Assembly (NCBI GenBank): GCA_973895155.1
Contig: OZ316894.1
Span: 25,899,140 to 25,963,139 of the forward strand
Direction of reading: 5' to 3'
DNA length: 64,000 bases
From: Marsupella aquatica
Taxonomy: Eukaryota; Plantae; Marchantiophyta
Shown: positions 10,882-23,614 of the stretch, one piece after another
How positions within the stretch are numbered: the stretch's first letter is position 1
How the letters are laid out: each line of letters starts with the position of its first letter
The notes under the pieces: model-generated
Databases searched by the model: none
The model's input: only the letters and a program-made list of their open reading frames with translations
What the model was told of the DNA's origin: nothing
Program-made: the position numbers and the translations under genes

Positions 10882-13800
10882 ATGCAATGTATTGCTCTGC
10901 GGGCTCAAATGCCCTTCTTGTACGACCATCGTCTCTCTCACGCAGCAACTGCAGCTAGAGAATCATCAGCTGGGGAAGTTGATGTTTCGAGTGAACTGAC
11001 CGGCGGAAATTTCAGTAATTCCGCGCTGTTGACGTTGCTGCGATACAGCAACGGAGCCCGCAGTTACTTGAATCAGAGTTTGGGGATCCGGATCATTAAA
11101 CCCTGCTGCTCTCGTCTTTGTGCAGTGAACCCCAGAAGTAGGAAAGAGTGGCTTCTCCTCCACAACTTGCCTGATGCTCGTGATCAGGGGGCCCCCAACG
11201 TGAAGGAAAAGAAGGCGGAGACCGAGTTTCACCACGATGTCGTCCCAGCGAAGACGCTGCAGACTGACAAAGGTGCGAAATAAGCAGATTGACAAGAATG
11301 TGTGGAAAACAAATACCATTTTTATGACGCTCGCTCGAATTTTCGTGTGTAGGGTTTTTGGTATAGACGAAGGCAATGCCTTTTATAATTGCGTGGACTG
11401 TATCCGTAATATTCAAATTTGCTCTGGAAACTCCCTTCATAAGGGTTTGGACTGACGAAGGTATTCTCTTACATTTTTGTGCGGGGTACATTTACGGATG
11501 TCAAAATTTTGACTGGAATCTTTCGTTGTAGGATTCTAGGTAGTGTGGTTAATGAGTCATCCTGTGCTCATGTGATTTTACCAGAGGTTACGGAAAAGAC
11601 AGTGGCGGGAAGAGGGGATTCCAGACCGGAGAGCTTTATTGAGTTCAGGAATAGCAGTCCACATTCTGCAATCAAGACCAAAAATCAAATTGAGAATGGA
11701 AAGTTCAGAGTGCCCACTTCAGGGGAACCTGAGATGCAGACAAAAAGGGTTGCCTCCCCTGAGATACCTCACCTAGGAAGAGAAATGTGGAATGGGAGCC
11801 CGGTGGATAGTGCGTATCAACCACGGGTTTCTCATATTCTCCCTCGTAAGGATGGCGATTCCGAAACTGTAGAGTTTTGGGGGAGGAAGCAGAGAAAGGA
11901 GAGCATGCCAGTGGAAGGAACCGAGACCGGAGCTAACCTGAAATCCTCCGACGAAACTCTTGCAATGACGAAGAGATGCAAAAACGTGACCCATGTGGAA
12001 AGGTATAAAACTCGTGTTCTTCAAAACCGAATAGATGGCGACTCTGCTGCGACATCCAGGGAGGGCAAGAACATGGAGGGGTTCAGTCCTTGGGTGGCAC
12101 CTCAGAAACGACAGACTCTGGAGACACCTGACGAAACTCGTGCAACGAGAGACTTATGGAACAATAGGCCTGTTCAGCGTCAGGACCCTGCAGATATTCA
12201 GATTGGAGCTCGCGCTCAGCCCTTACAGAAGAGGCAGAACAATCCAGAGTTTACTTTTGAGGGGAAAGACAGCTTTCAATCCTCTGCTGTGAGAGAAGCA
12301 TCAAGTGGCAACTTGTTGGTGAACAACGAGAGCATCCAGGTGGTAGAGAGCACCGCAGGGGCTACAGAAAAGATAAGTCGGAGGCCTAAATCCTCTCGGG
12401 GGGCTGGGGAAGGGACTCAACCACCTGGTCGTAAATCCCTCTACCAACAGGGAGGTGATTCCGAGGTTAGAAAGGAAGAGATGAGCGCAAAAGAGGAAGA
12501 AGAGGTTCCAGGATTGTTATCTGGAAAGCGAGAGATGGTTGATCACAATGGGGAGAAAGTGGTGGAGGTGTGGAAGAAGGGCAGGGTTGTGAAAAGATAT
12601 AAGCCTCTTGGCATTGAATTTCTTTATGGAAGGACGAAGCCCACTCGATTATTTGGACCACTAAACTCAAGGGGTGAAGTTCCGGGTACTGATTTGGCAC
12701 CCGTTCCCAGGATGTATCGAGACAGGTGCGAGAATGGCCAGGGGTGGAGTATTAGAGAAGTGGTGGCCAAGGTTTTGGAACTAAATCACTGGGACGATGT
12801 TGACTTAATTCTTAACCAGTGGGTGGGACGCTTCAATCGAAGGAATTTCCCTCCTCTCATGCTGGTATGAAAATTCTCCTGTCAACGATAACCTCGTCCA
12901 GATTTCGGGAGTTTAATCAGGTGCAGAGGCACATCGCCAGTCTGGTACATAAATAAGTAGTTTTAACATGAAAGTCAAGGAAAGGTCTAGAAGGTCCGTT
13001 ACTCGTAGAATATGAAAATGGCAGAGTTTGGAAGACAAAAAGTACCTTGATATTTGCTTGTACATAATAATTTCTTGAGTTATCAAAAATTTGTTCCAGC
13101 GTAAACATCAAACCTTTTTCATCTGGTGCTTGGGCGGAACATATTAACTTTGCGCACTGAAATTTTGCGTGGCTTACCAACCTTGTAACTTAAAGTATAT
13201 TGTATAACACAGAGAGTCACCAACTGCAGGCAATGACAAGGACTGGAGCCCTCAAACACAGTGCACGATTGTTTACCTGGATGAAGGCTCAGCGCTGTTA
13301 TAGGGCTCGGACTGATATCTACAATCATATGATCTGGCTCTATTCAAGACACTATCGAGTTGACGCAGCACGTGCATTGTTTACGGAGATGCAAGAATGG
13401 AGGTCGGTTTTCTGTGAAATTTTAAAAATTGATGAAAATTGGACTGAATGCTTAAGAAAATGTGTGCTGCTGTAAAGAAACGATGGGTTTGAAGTCTAAG
13501 ATGAGCTAGAACCTCCTATGAAGCCATGTCCTTTTTGTTGTCTGGATTTCTGCTTTTGCGATGTTTTAGAAGCTTTGCCCGGTCTTGTATGGAAGCCATG
13601 TTTTGGCATTAGTAGCTCCACCTTAGTGCGGCTTTATTTTCGAATTAAGTCTTGGTCCTTAAATGGCAGGTTTTAAGTGATAGTACTTCTTTTACACATG
13701 AAGGGAAACGTTAATTTTCATGAGCAAGGACGACTTCTGGCAGTCCTAGTTAAAGATACAAAGTTTGTCAAAACAGGTGCAAGCCAGATGTTGAAACTTA

Positions 13801-16800
13801 CAATGCACTCATCAATGTGCATGGCCGAGCACGGCAGTGGCGTGAAGCTCTACTTTTCTACGATAGAATGCTACGAGCAGAGGTGAGTAAGATTACCTGT
13901 GGTTTGCTTCTCTTCCATTGTATTGCACATCGTATATTTGATTTTTTCGCATATTTCTACATTTCCATACAAGACTCTGCAGTCAGACAATTCATTAAAG
14001 TAGTGTACTTGGTTGCACATCATGACAGGTGCCACCGAGTACAGGTACTTATAATAATCTCATCAGTGCCTGTGGGAATAGCGGTCAGTGGAAAAAGGCT
14101 CTGGCGCTGTACGAACAAATGAAAGTTGACGGAGTCCAGATGGATGTTGTGACTCACAACACAGTTCTCACTGCATTGAAGATCGGGGAACAGTATGGCA
14201 TTGCTATTAAACACTTTGAAAGGACCCTCGAGTGGGCAGTTTCTCCTGACACTGTCACCCTTAATATCATCATAAGCTGCTTTTCAAAAATGGAAAGATA
14301 CGACGAAGCAGTGAAGCTCTTCAATAGTATGATAAGCATGAAATGGAATGGCTGTCAGCCCAATTTGATCACCTTCACCACAGTGATGCATGTGTACGCT
14401 GTTTGTGGGCAAGTAGAGAATGTGAAGGCTATCTTTGATATGATGGTCAAGGAAGGAGTAGTTCCCAACATAGTCTCGTATAATACTCTTATCGGAGCAT
14501 ATGCATCTCTTAGAATGGATGTGGAGGCTCTTGAGGTTTTTGAGAGGATGCAAAAAGTAGGGTTTGAACCTGACCTTGTGTCCTACACGGCACTTATGAA
14601 TGCCTATGGCAAGGCAGGGAAGCCAGATGATGCTGCCCGCATCTTTGAACTCATGAAAAAGAGATCGCGCAAACCTAACATAGTGACTTACAACACTCTG
14701 ATTGACGCATACAGCGCTGCTGGACAAGTCACAAAAGCTTTGGAACTGTTGCCAGACATGGATTTTGATGAGGTTCCACCTAATGTTGTCACAATATGCT
14801 CACTAATAGTAGGCTGTGGACGTAGTGGCGAAATTGATAGAGTAAGCAGTATACTTAAAGTTGCTGCCCTGCGAAAAATCAGCTTAAATGTAAATGTGTA
14901 CAACACTGTTATATCGGTATATCTGAATCATGGTCAGTTCGAGGAGGCCAATAATCTCTATGCAGTCATGAAGGAAGAGGGAATCGCTCCAGATCTAGTC
15001 ACTTTTGCGATTCTGATCAACGATGCTGCTAAAGATGGGAACGTCTCTCAAGCTCAGTTGTATTTCGATGAGATGCTCAGTTTGGGCATCGGATTCAATG
15101 TTGAAGCCTGTTCAGCTCTGATTCACGCCTACGCTCAGAAGGTAATTTATTGCTGACAGTTTCTCGAACTTCGGACAGTTTCACCCAGCACTTCTAAGTT
15201 CTGCGTGCAAGAGAACCTGCTTTTAAGCTGGAAAGGATTGGAAAATGAATATCAGAAGCAGTCCGTGCCAACTAGCCTTGTCTTTGATGAACTCAGATAG
15301 TATAAGAAAGTTGTTCGGTCAACGTAAAGTACAAATCCACAGAGGGTGTCCACTACCAAACAAAAGTGTTGACTTACGATGTGCATTTGATAATCGCAGG
15401 GTTTGCCTGAAGCTGCACATGCTATGTTGACTACAATGAAGGAGTCAGGCTGTGCACCAGACATTCTGACTTACACATCTTTGATTCATGCCTACACTTT
15501 GGCAGGTACGGATATGGTATGCATGTTTTTGTTGCTTACAGAGGTTCCTGTCAACATAGAGTTTCAGTTGCATTCCTTAACTGCTTTCTTTTCATCAGAT
15601 TTGACATTTCATCACAAACTCTTAAGGTAGAGTCCCATGGAGGGCAGGCTGACTTTTGATGATGTGAAAGCTCAGTGTGGAATGATTGAAGAACGACTAT
15701 AGAAGCTTGTTTCAACTCCTTTTGCGCAGAGATGCCTGCGGCAGCCATTGCAGTGTTTGAGGAGATGGAGGGCCTTGGTGTTGAACTCGATGCCGTTGCA
15801 TGTTCTGCTCTTTGTACGGTTTTTAATCAGTGTGGTCAGGCAGAAAAGACTCGCGCACTGTGGTCAAAGTGGAGAGAACGTTTGCAATTTGGCGAGGCTG
15901 CATTCACACAGCTGTCAATAGCTTGCAGAATGTAAGCATGTCACTTCCTCTTTGGTTCCAAACTAAGATGTGCCTGAAAGGATTGTTCTCTCGCTTATTT
16001 TCTTCCAAGATGCCAGTACTTTATGTAATTTCTTGGGCTGTTTTACCAAATATCTGATTTCCTTATATTCCAATCTAGAAATCGTATCCATTAATAAAGA
16101 TCCTTTCGAATACTATGTCTCAGCCCGAGTAGCCTCGTACCTTTTGATTCTCAATTCTGTCACACTGGAAAAATGTAGTAGGAAGGCCAACTGGGGAATG
16201 GTTGTTCAATGACTCAATACTACAGGCCACGTTTCGTATATTGGAAAGTTCTCCGTGGCCTTGTTTGTTTGATTTTCGTAGTGAAAGGAAACTATTTTTT
16301 AGCAGGAACGAGCAGTCAATTTGGCAATATATCTTAGAGAAAATAAAAGAACCTGTATATTGCTTGGACGGATAACAATTCCAGGGCCCTTTGCTTGAAC
16401 AGTGGATTGAGATTTAACTAGAACATGTTAAAAGCTTAGAGAAAGCAATTACCTTCGCAGATTCCTTTTCGCGGTCAATTAGACCTACCGAATCATTTCG
16501 CAGGAAACTAGCATCAACTTAGGAGTCTTGAACCGGTTATGCTTGTGGCACCATGTAAGGGTTACCAATTTTAGTATCTAACGATGACGACGAAGGCCAG
16601 TAGTGACAAGCCACCGCGTTCCTCTCAGGCTTGGCGACTGGAGAATGGCTCTGGAGCTGTTTGACAACATGCAGCAGGTTGGAGTAAATCCTAATTCGAC
16701 AACTGGGAACAATTTGTTAAAATCCCTTAGCAAAGGTGGGAATATAGAGCAACTTTCAAAGGTGCGTGAGATTTCTCTCGATCTTTAACGTGGTCTTCAA

Positions 16801-17804
16801 ATTTCCTCTAAAACGGTTGTCTTGATTTCCAGTCAGAGTTTGTTTACTTCTATAGCCAAAGTCGTGGACCAGTTTCTCAGTTATTCTACATCATATGCTG
16901 GTGATGATTTGCTTACCAAAGTTGATAACATAATTTGTTCTAAAACAAAAGCGAATCTTGTTCTATATCTGGGTGACAAGGGGTAATGGATGCGCAGGTA
17001 TTCAGGCAATTGGAAGAGCTCGGCATGAGGATGACCAAGGAAACTTATGACGTATTGATTTATAGCCATTTAAAGACGCAGAACTGGAGAGCGGGTCTTG
17101 AGGTGAGTGAACCGATTTTGTGAGAGGCCTAAAGTTTGAAATTGTTGCAATTGTGCAGAACTGTGCCTAAACTGTGACGCCAATGTTTTTGGAACAGATA
17201 TTGGACAAATTCAAAGCTGATAATCTGTATCCTGACCTCAAAGCATATAAGATTCTTCTGAAATGTTTGGAGGAAGTTGAGCAGTGGGATGTGTGTATTG
17301 AAGTCTACGACCAAATGAAGGCTAGCGGGTTGTTCTCTTTACAACCTTTCCATCGCATTTTAAGGTTCAATTTTAAAGGCTTTGTTGCTGGCAACAAGAT
17401 GAGAAATTGTCTTTGAAAGTTCATATGCCAGGAAATTCCCGTTTTCGGATTTGACTTAGGATACTCTCACTGCGAAGCAAGGTGATTTCACTCGAGCTTC
17501 TGCAATGTAGTTCACTGAGAAGTGTGGGTGATAAAACCCCTCTCTCAGAAGCTGGTTTGTGCATCAAAATGCTCTTTTGGTGAAAGTTCACTCCTTTCGC
17601 TGTCACTGTGACGAGGGAATGGTAGGTTCAGTTCTATTGCGAGTTGCCACTTCGTATACTGAAGCCTTTTGGCTGCTTGCCTGGTGTTATAACAGGTATT
17701 CCCTGGATCTTGACGTCTCTAGTGTGATGCTGAACGCATTGAGAGCAAGAGGACAAAAAGAAAGGGCACAAGAGGTCGAATTGAATATTGAATTTGCTAG
17801 ATAG
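10882..17804 (+). CDS. EMB2654: P-class pentatricopeptide repeat protein, EMB2654 (At2g41720)-like, ~1297 aa
   Basis: GT-AG exons with consistent phases: 10882-11272, 11540-12864, 13230-13402, 13777-13882, 14029-15141, 15400-15505, 15730-15931, 16629-16761, 16998-17102, 17198-17328, 17696-17804 (3894 nt). It has many 35-aa PPR motifs. LNQWVGRFNRRNFP...WMKAQRCYRARTDIYN...QEWRCKPDVETYNALINVHGRARQWR...TYNNLISACG resembles EMB2654 as I recall it. Exon 1 and the exon 2 acceptor are less certain. Confidence 0.88.
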
Positions 17805-19499
17805 GAAACTGAAGGAATTCTAAAGGGAGCAGTGTCGTCACTGAATCATTGAGATGTACAACTTCTCTGTTCAGTCATTTGTAAATACAAGGTGGTAAGG
17901 TCCCCCGTTCAAAATTTTCTAAACTTGCTTTCTCCAACAAACTTTAAAGGACTGTAGTATGTTGCAATCTTTGAAGGAAATGGTTATTGTCCCGTTAAGT
18001 TCAGCCGTCCTCTATGAGAACGAGAAGCATCAACCCAAATTCTTGGTCTGGTGATCACTAAGTTATGAAGTAATGATTTTTGTGCAACCAACTCGAAAGC
18101 GTTTGTTTTTGGAATGCTCCATGTCCAATTACCTGTCCCTGCGAGCCAAGTCAATGCTTGCGCTGTAAGTTCGAACGAGTCAAGTAAATCAATATATAGT
18201 TTTTAGAATGGCATTTCTCAGCAAAGGGATCTTAGGTTCCTACTTTGTAAGTTTGTCCAAAGTGGGAAACCAGATAGGAAAATGCTCAATAATAAGAGGG
18301 ACACTAAACTCAAGATATTTGGATTAATACTTTTCTATAACGCAGAAATCATTACAACTGTACTAGCCACAACCCTTCATAACAAAGACTGAAACACACA
18401 GCACTAACAGACATCAAAGTCACTAAAGCCATGCACGAAATGTGCAGCTACTTTCTACTGTAGAGCTCTACAGTTTGAAACCTAGTCCTATGACGGTCTT
18501 CCCCATTTGTCTTCGGAATTTCTGAGATGTCTAAACTATTTTTGTATTTCTTCTTTGTTCTTCTGTTTACTGTCTGCCAATCAATCAGAATATACAAACA
18601 TATTTAGACTATTTTAGTAAGAGCATGATGCAAAAAAGGACACGGCTCACATGTCTCTACTTATCCAACAAGGTGAGCGAGCCACATAATCAAAAAGTGG
18701 CATCAACTGCATTTCGCATTTCTTAAAAGTAGGATTGGTTGTTTGGTTTAACATCCCGAGATTATAGGGAACTGAGACTCGTACAATTTTGTAAGGATTC
18801 TTCTGTAGAGGCTCTTGCGTACTCAATTTCATGGATATTTTTTCATATTTGCCACAGACGTAGAAGAAAATTCATGAAGGAAGGATGGTTTTTCGTACAA
18901 GACGGGGCACATTTAAATGGAGGACCACACCCTCGTTTATCTCGCCAAGAAACAATTGGGCAGTTTTTTCGTATGGGTGGGACAGCATTTCAACTGTGCA
19001 ACGAATCAGATCGCAGCAGAGCTAAATCAAAGACAAAAGGAATATGACAAAGAGGCAGGATTAAATATGTGAAGTCAAATGCCAAGGGAAATGTTTTTTG
19101 ATTGAAGGCTTGAAGAAGTGTTAAATATGTGAGGTCAAATGCATCTTTCCAATATTTGGTACCTATCGCATTTCGACTTTATCTACACGCAAAGGACAAA
19201 CTCTTCTTCCTGTTATAATATAGTTTCCTTTTTGCTTCATTCAAAAAACTGTGCACTCTATGCGTAGGGATTAAAAGCTCGCCATACGTAGTGGACAAGG
19301 TTGAAAGAAACAAAAAGTGATGTGAGAACTATGTTCTAAGTCTACACTTTCACAGAAAAATTAAATTAACAATGATACGCTGGCTGAGGAAAAGAACATT
19401 GGAGAAATGGAAACACAAACAAACATCACTCAGCTTTGTCCCCCTCACCATCTCTTTTCGTTTACCTGACTATACTTAGATGAGGGACGGTCCCTCTGC

Positions 19500-22450
19500 C
19501 CCCCCCTGTCCCTTTTCCGCAGCAATGGCCCAGTCGGGGGACCCTCCTGTCATTTCTCTGGTACCCCCGGTGTCCCGGGCTGTTGGCCTGTCAGCAGACC
19601 CCACCTGTTGTCCCTCTGGTCCCCCCCATTTCACCAGCTGTCAGCCCATCTGAGGATCCCACTGTTTGTTCCTCCAGTCGACCCCATTACACCCGGTGTT
19701 GCCCCATCTGCGGCAGGGTCTGCGGCCCACCTGTTTGCCCCTACTTCCCCCTGGGACCCTCCCCCCCCTTCCTGCTTGTTGGCACCCTGGCCTATCCACC
19801 CTGGTGCTTCCATGAAGATCCTTCTGTTCTTGCCCCTCCCATTCCCATGCTTGTCGGATCTTCCAGGCCCTCTTCCTGGTTTGCCCCTTCCCACCGCCTG
19901 CCTTCGGACATGGACCCACCTGAAGTGCCCCCTTCTTTGGTTCACCCCCCCCCCCCCCCCCCACCCCCCCTCTATCGCGTGCCCATTTTGGGGAAACCCT
20001 TGTCTCTTCTTCTCAGGCCATGGTCCTTTACCAGAGTTTGGACTAGCCAATCATCCCCCCTGCACTGTTCCCCTGACTCTCCCCCTCCCCCTCCGCCCTC
20101 TTACCCTTTGGCTTCTCTGTCCCCCTCTCTTCTTTTGCCTCCTTTATTAGGCCCCCTCTCTCCAGCTCCGGCTCTCCCCCCACCCGAGGACATACTGCTT
20201 TCTTCCCCATATGCACCCACCTTAGGTCCTACTTCATGACCTGCCCTCCTGCTGCACCGCCATCTCTTTCTTCCTCCCCCCCTCTGACTTTGCCCTCCTG
20301 TCCTTTGTCCCCCACTTCCAAACCTCCCGTCCCTGCCCTTCCCCTTGGACCCTCCTTCCTCTTGTTATGGACGTCCCCTTATGAGCATCCCTCTCTCTCT
20401 TGAATTCCACTAGTCTCCTCTGACTCCCACTTTTGATCTGCCAGCACCGTCCCTCCTCCTGTCCCACTTCCCCTTCGGATGTTTGAGTCCAATATTGGTA
20501 CCAGCAATCTGGTTTGTCCTATCATAGTCATTCTTGTCGGGCTTTGCATGACCCCTCATATTCCACTATAGCCCCCTCCCAGCCCCCTTCAAGTCTCCCA
20601 CATCTTGGGATTGGTTGGCCCATTTGGATGTCCTGGCCGCTGCCTCTAACCTGGTTTTTTCACCCCCATATATACACACACGTCTCCTTGTGCCTTTGTG
20701 GCCCCTTCTTCAGTGTGCCTTTCATCTCCCCGCAAATCGACTGGCTCACAATCCCTTGGATGTGGGCACCTGGTCATTGTTACTTTTGTTACCTCATTGG
20801 GTCTTGGTTCTGCCTCCTTGCGGGGCACTAGTACTAGGCATTTGGAGATCATTGTCCACTTGCAATATTTCATGTAGAGATATTTGGGTTCACCTTCAGG
20901 AGGAGTATTATTATCAATTAGGGACAATTGCAGAATTGGGCAGTTGGTTCTCCTCAGGTGCCCCCCGAGGTGCCCCTGCTTCCTCTTCTCTGATCTAGCA
21001 TCATCTCTATCAGTGTCTCATGTTAGACCTAGTTCTCACCAGATGCACTGTTAGGCACCCCTCTCATCCACTTGTTCTTTTGAGGCAACCATTGCAGCCC
21101 TTCAGTTCCTTCATCCCCCTCCCGGGGTCCTCACTTCTTTTCTTCCGACCCATCACGCGCGAATAAGTATAGGGTTTTTTTTATTGGGTTTAGTGAAATA
21201 CTTTTAAATTTTTGTTGAAGAACATTAGGGTAATTTAAATCCAATTTTGAGAATTATAAGAATCATAGGGTTTTTTAAATTCAAATATGAGAATATTCTT
21301 GGAATATTCCATTAAGTTAGAGGTAAAAAAATTTGTAAAAAAAACTTTATTAACTTTTAGGGTGTTTATTCCCCCAAAACTTCGAGCGTGATATGGGACA
21401 CCCCTTGGATTGAGGCCCCCAAGATCCCCCTGCGTCGACTGAGGTTCCAAAGTTTTTTTGGGAGTATACAGAAGACAGAGATTTCTCTTGCCCGTAATGT
21501 GTTCACTTTGGTTTTCTTTCACCTGCCGCATCCTTCTGTTGGCAACATATTTAGGATATGGTTTGGAGCCTGGCTATTGGCTAGCCCTCTTTGGGGCCCC
21601 TTTTGTTTGAGCTTGTTCACTTTCACCATCTCCGTGTGCCTTCGGCCTGGTCAACCCAACCCATGTTTTGTGGGCCCACCCACTTGTGTTTGTGGGGCAT
21701 CATTGGCAGGCCCCGCATGGAGTCCATATCCTTAGGTGTAGTCCCAAAAGTGAGAGGACTACAATTGAGACTGTGACACACAATGCCATTCAGGATGTGG
21801 TGGCTGCCATTGCATGGGACTCTTGATACATGTCACAACGGAGCAGATCCATGTGCTTCCACACCAAGATGGCTAATCTAGTCTTTTCTCGGGCATGAGT
21901 GCAAGCCCTTGGCAATGTGGTCATTGTTGATCCTACTGGCCTGCCTACTAGTGGGAATAATGTTTTGATTTCTGCCCATGTTTGGGACTATGCTATTGCC
22001 AAGGCCGCTCAGCTCACCCCATGACTGAGGACGAAGCGTACACTGCTCGTTACCCTAGCAATTTTTCCACCTGCTTGCTTGGAGGTCTTCAAGGTCTCTA
22101 CACCCCTGGGCTACACCCCAGTTTGTATTGTTTCCTACTGTTTGGCTTGAATGTGCACTTTATGGTGTTGGGGGTTGGCCTTATCCCCCTGTTTTGATCC
22201 CTATTGGCTTTTTTTGGCAATGGGCATCTGACGCTCTCCGTAGAGCGGGGTACATTTGATATCCTTTGTCAAGCTGATGCAGTTGGTTTTGGGGACATCT
22301 AGCTAGTGAAATCTGGCCCCTCGTTAGGACCCTCCTATGTAGTTTACCCTGGAGCTCTACCAAGCTTGATTTTCAGTGTGTAGCTGCTCAGTAGGATGTT
22401 TGTTCTGTTGCCGTTTGGTCTCTTGGGCTTTTTAGGGTTTTCTGTGCTGT
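19500..22450 (+). mobile_element. Decayed non-LTR retrotransposon with restriction-like endonuclease (CRE/R2-group-like)
   Basis: Relic motifs in order: GAWLLASP..FCLS..(V)CLRPGQPNP..CVCG (~21560-21700), HILRC..ER..HNAIQD (~21725-21800), REQIHVLP, ALGNVVIVDP (~21905-21935), LEVF (~22080). This fits a zinc knuckle plus PD-(D/E)xK layout. The upstream part is C/T-rich and heavily frameshifted, and the boundaries are approximate. Confidence 0.7.
21121..21423 (-). mobile_element. hAT-type MITE, family A copy 1
   Basis: Termini CCCGGGGTCCTCACT / ATTGAGGCCCCCAAG, perfect 8-bp TSD ATCCCCCT, and reverse-complement similarity to the copies at 34597, 39587 and 56612. Confidence 0.85.
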
Positions 22451-22944
22451 CTCTTGTTGATTGTCCCTAGTATTGGGGGTTTGGTGTTTGGGATCATGTC
22501 TCACATTTAAGGGCTTTTGTTCGTTTGCAATGTTGTATAAGACCCAAAACTCCATATTTTTACTGAGGTACATGGATATGCTAGTGTAGGTTGGTAATGA
22601 TTTCAACTGACCATGCACTACCCTACCCTCCCAAGTGACTAAAATTACTAGCCTGTGCCTTGAACTGTTTTAGTTATTTCTCAATCAGTCCCCAAATTGT
22701 ATGTCTTAAAAAACCACCAAGGGCGAGCTACCATTGGTCCATGGCCTAACCGGTGGTAGTCAGCTCAATTGTCAAGAGTCACTCTCTGCCCAAAAGGGAC
22801 TACACCTGTCTCCTCCTTTGTGACCTGCCATCAACCTCACCTCACCTCACCTCTCCCCACCACAACTACAATGCTCCCACCTCACAACTACATTCTCCCA
22901 TTGCCATTAGTTTGCGATGAGCTCATTTTGAGAGTCACAGTTGC

Positions 22945-23303
22945 TGTTAGGCATTTACTCGATCAAGGTCTAGGGTTATGACATGTAACCATAGTTAGGC
23001 TAACCATAGTCAAAGCTCAAGTCAGAGACATGGTTAGGTTAACTAGGATGCACACCATATGCCAAGCGGTGTTTGTCTGGATAAGTGGAACTGAGGCTCA
23101 TTGTTACGGAGCCACTTGAGAGATGAGGAGAGCTTATATTGTGGAGACTTGATATGGTCAACAAGCTTAGAGTTTAGTAAAGCTCTCTTGTGTGTTCCCA
23201 TGGACATAGCCTTGAGGAGGTGAACCACGTATCTCTTGTGTCGACTACTTGCGCATTGGATGTGTCATGTGCTTACCATTGCGACTGTTGACTATGCTCA
23301 ACA
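22945..23303 (+). mobile_element. Solo LTR related to the copia element
   Basis: TGTTAGGCATTTACTC...ATGCTCAACA; its 3' two-thirds is strongly similar to 284-704; TSD GTTGC/GTTTC. Confidence 0.9.
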
Positions 23304-23522
23304 GTTTCAAAAGGGGAGAAATACCTTAATTGGGGCCAAGGGCAGTGGGCAAGTTGTGAGAAGTTGTTGTGTGAAGCCGGGTGTGAAGCTGCTAAGGGCA
23401 CATTTCATATTTGATGGCTACAACCTTTGGTGTCCCTTCACTTTTCCTTGGAATGTGCCCCTTCACTTTTAAACAGTCAAGCAGTGTTTTCCACCTATTG
23501 TCAATGGGAGAGCTGAGGGAGA

Positions 23523-23614
23523 GCACATTTACATGACCCTAAGTTTTGGTTTCTATTCATCCTTATTGGCACATTTACATGACCCTAAGTTTTGGTTTCT
23601 ATTCATCCTTATTG
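23523..23614. repeat. 2 x 46-bp tandem duplication
   Basis: GCACATTTACATGACCCTAAG...CCTTATTG occurs twice. Confidence 0.9.

Noticed and set aside
16881-16997. Alternative PPR acceptor at 16880
   Set aside because: Gives an in-frame stop after 7 codons, whereas the acceptor at 16997 yields a clean 35-codon PPR exon.
19583-20239. Proline-rich 218-aa ORF resembling an extensin
   Set aside because: Arises from C-rich decayed retroelement sequence. It has no ATG start or signal peptide and is open in several frames.
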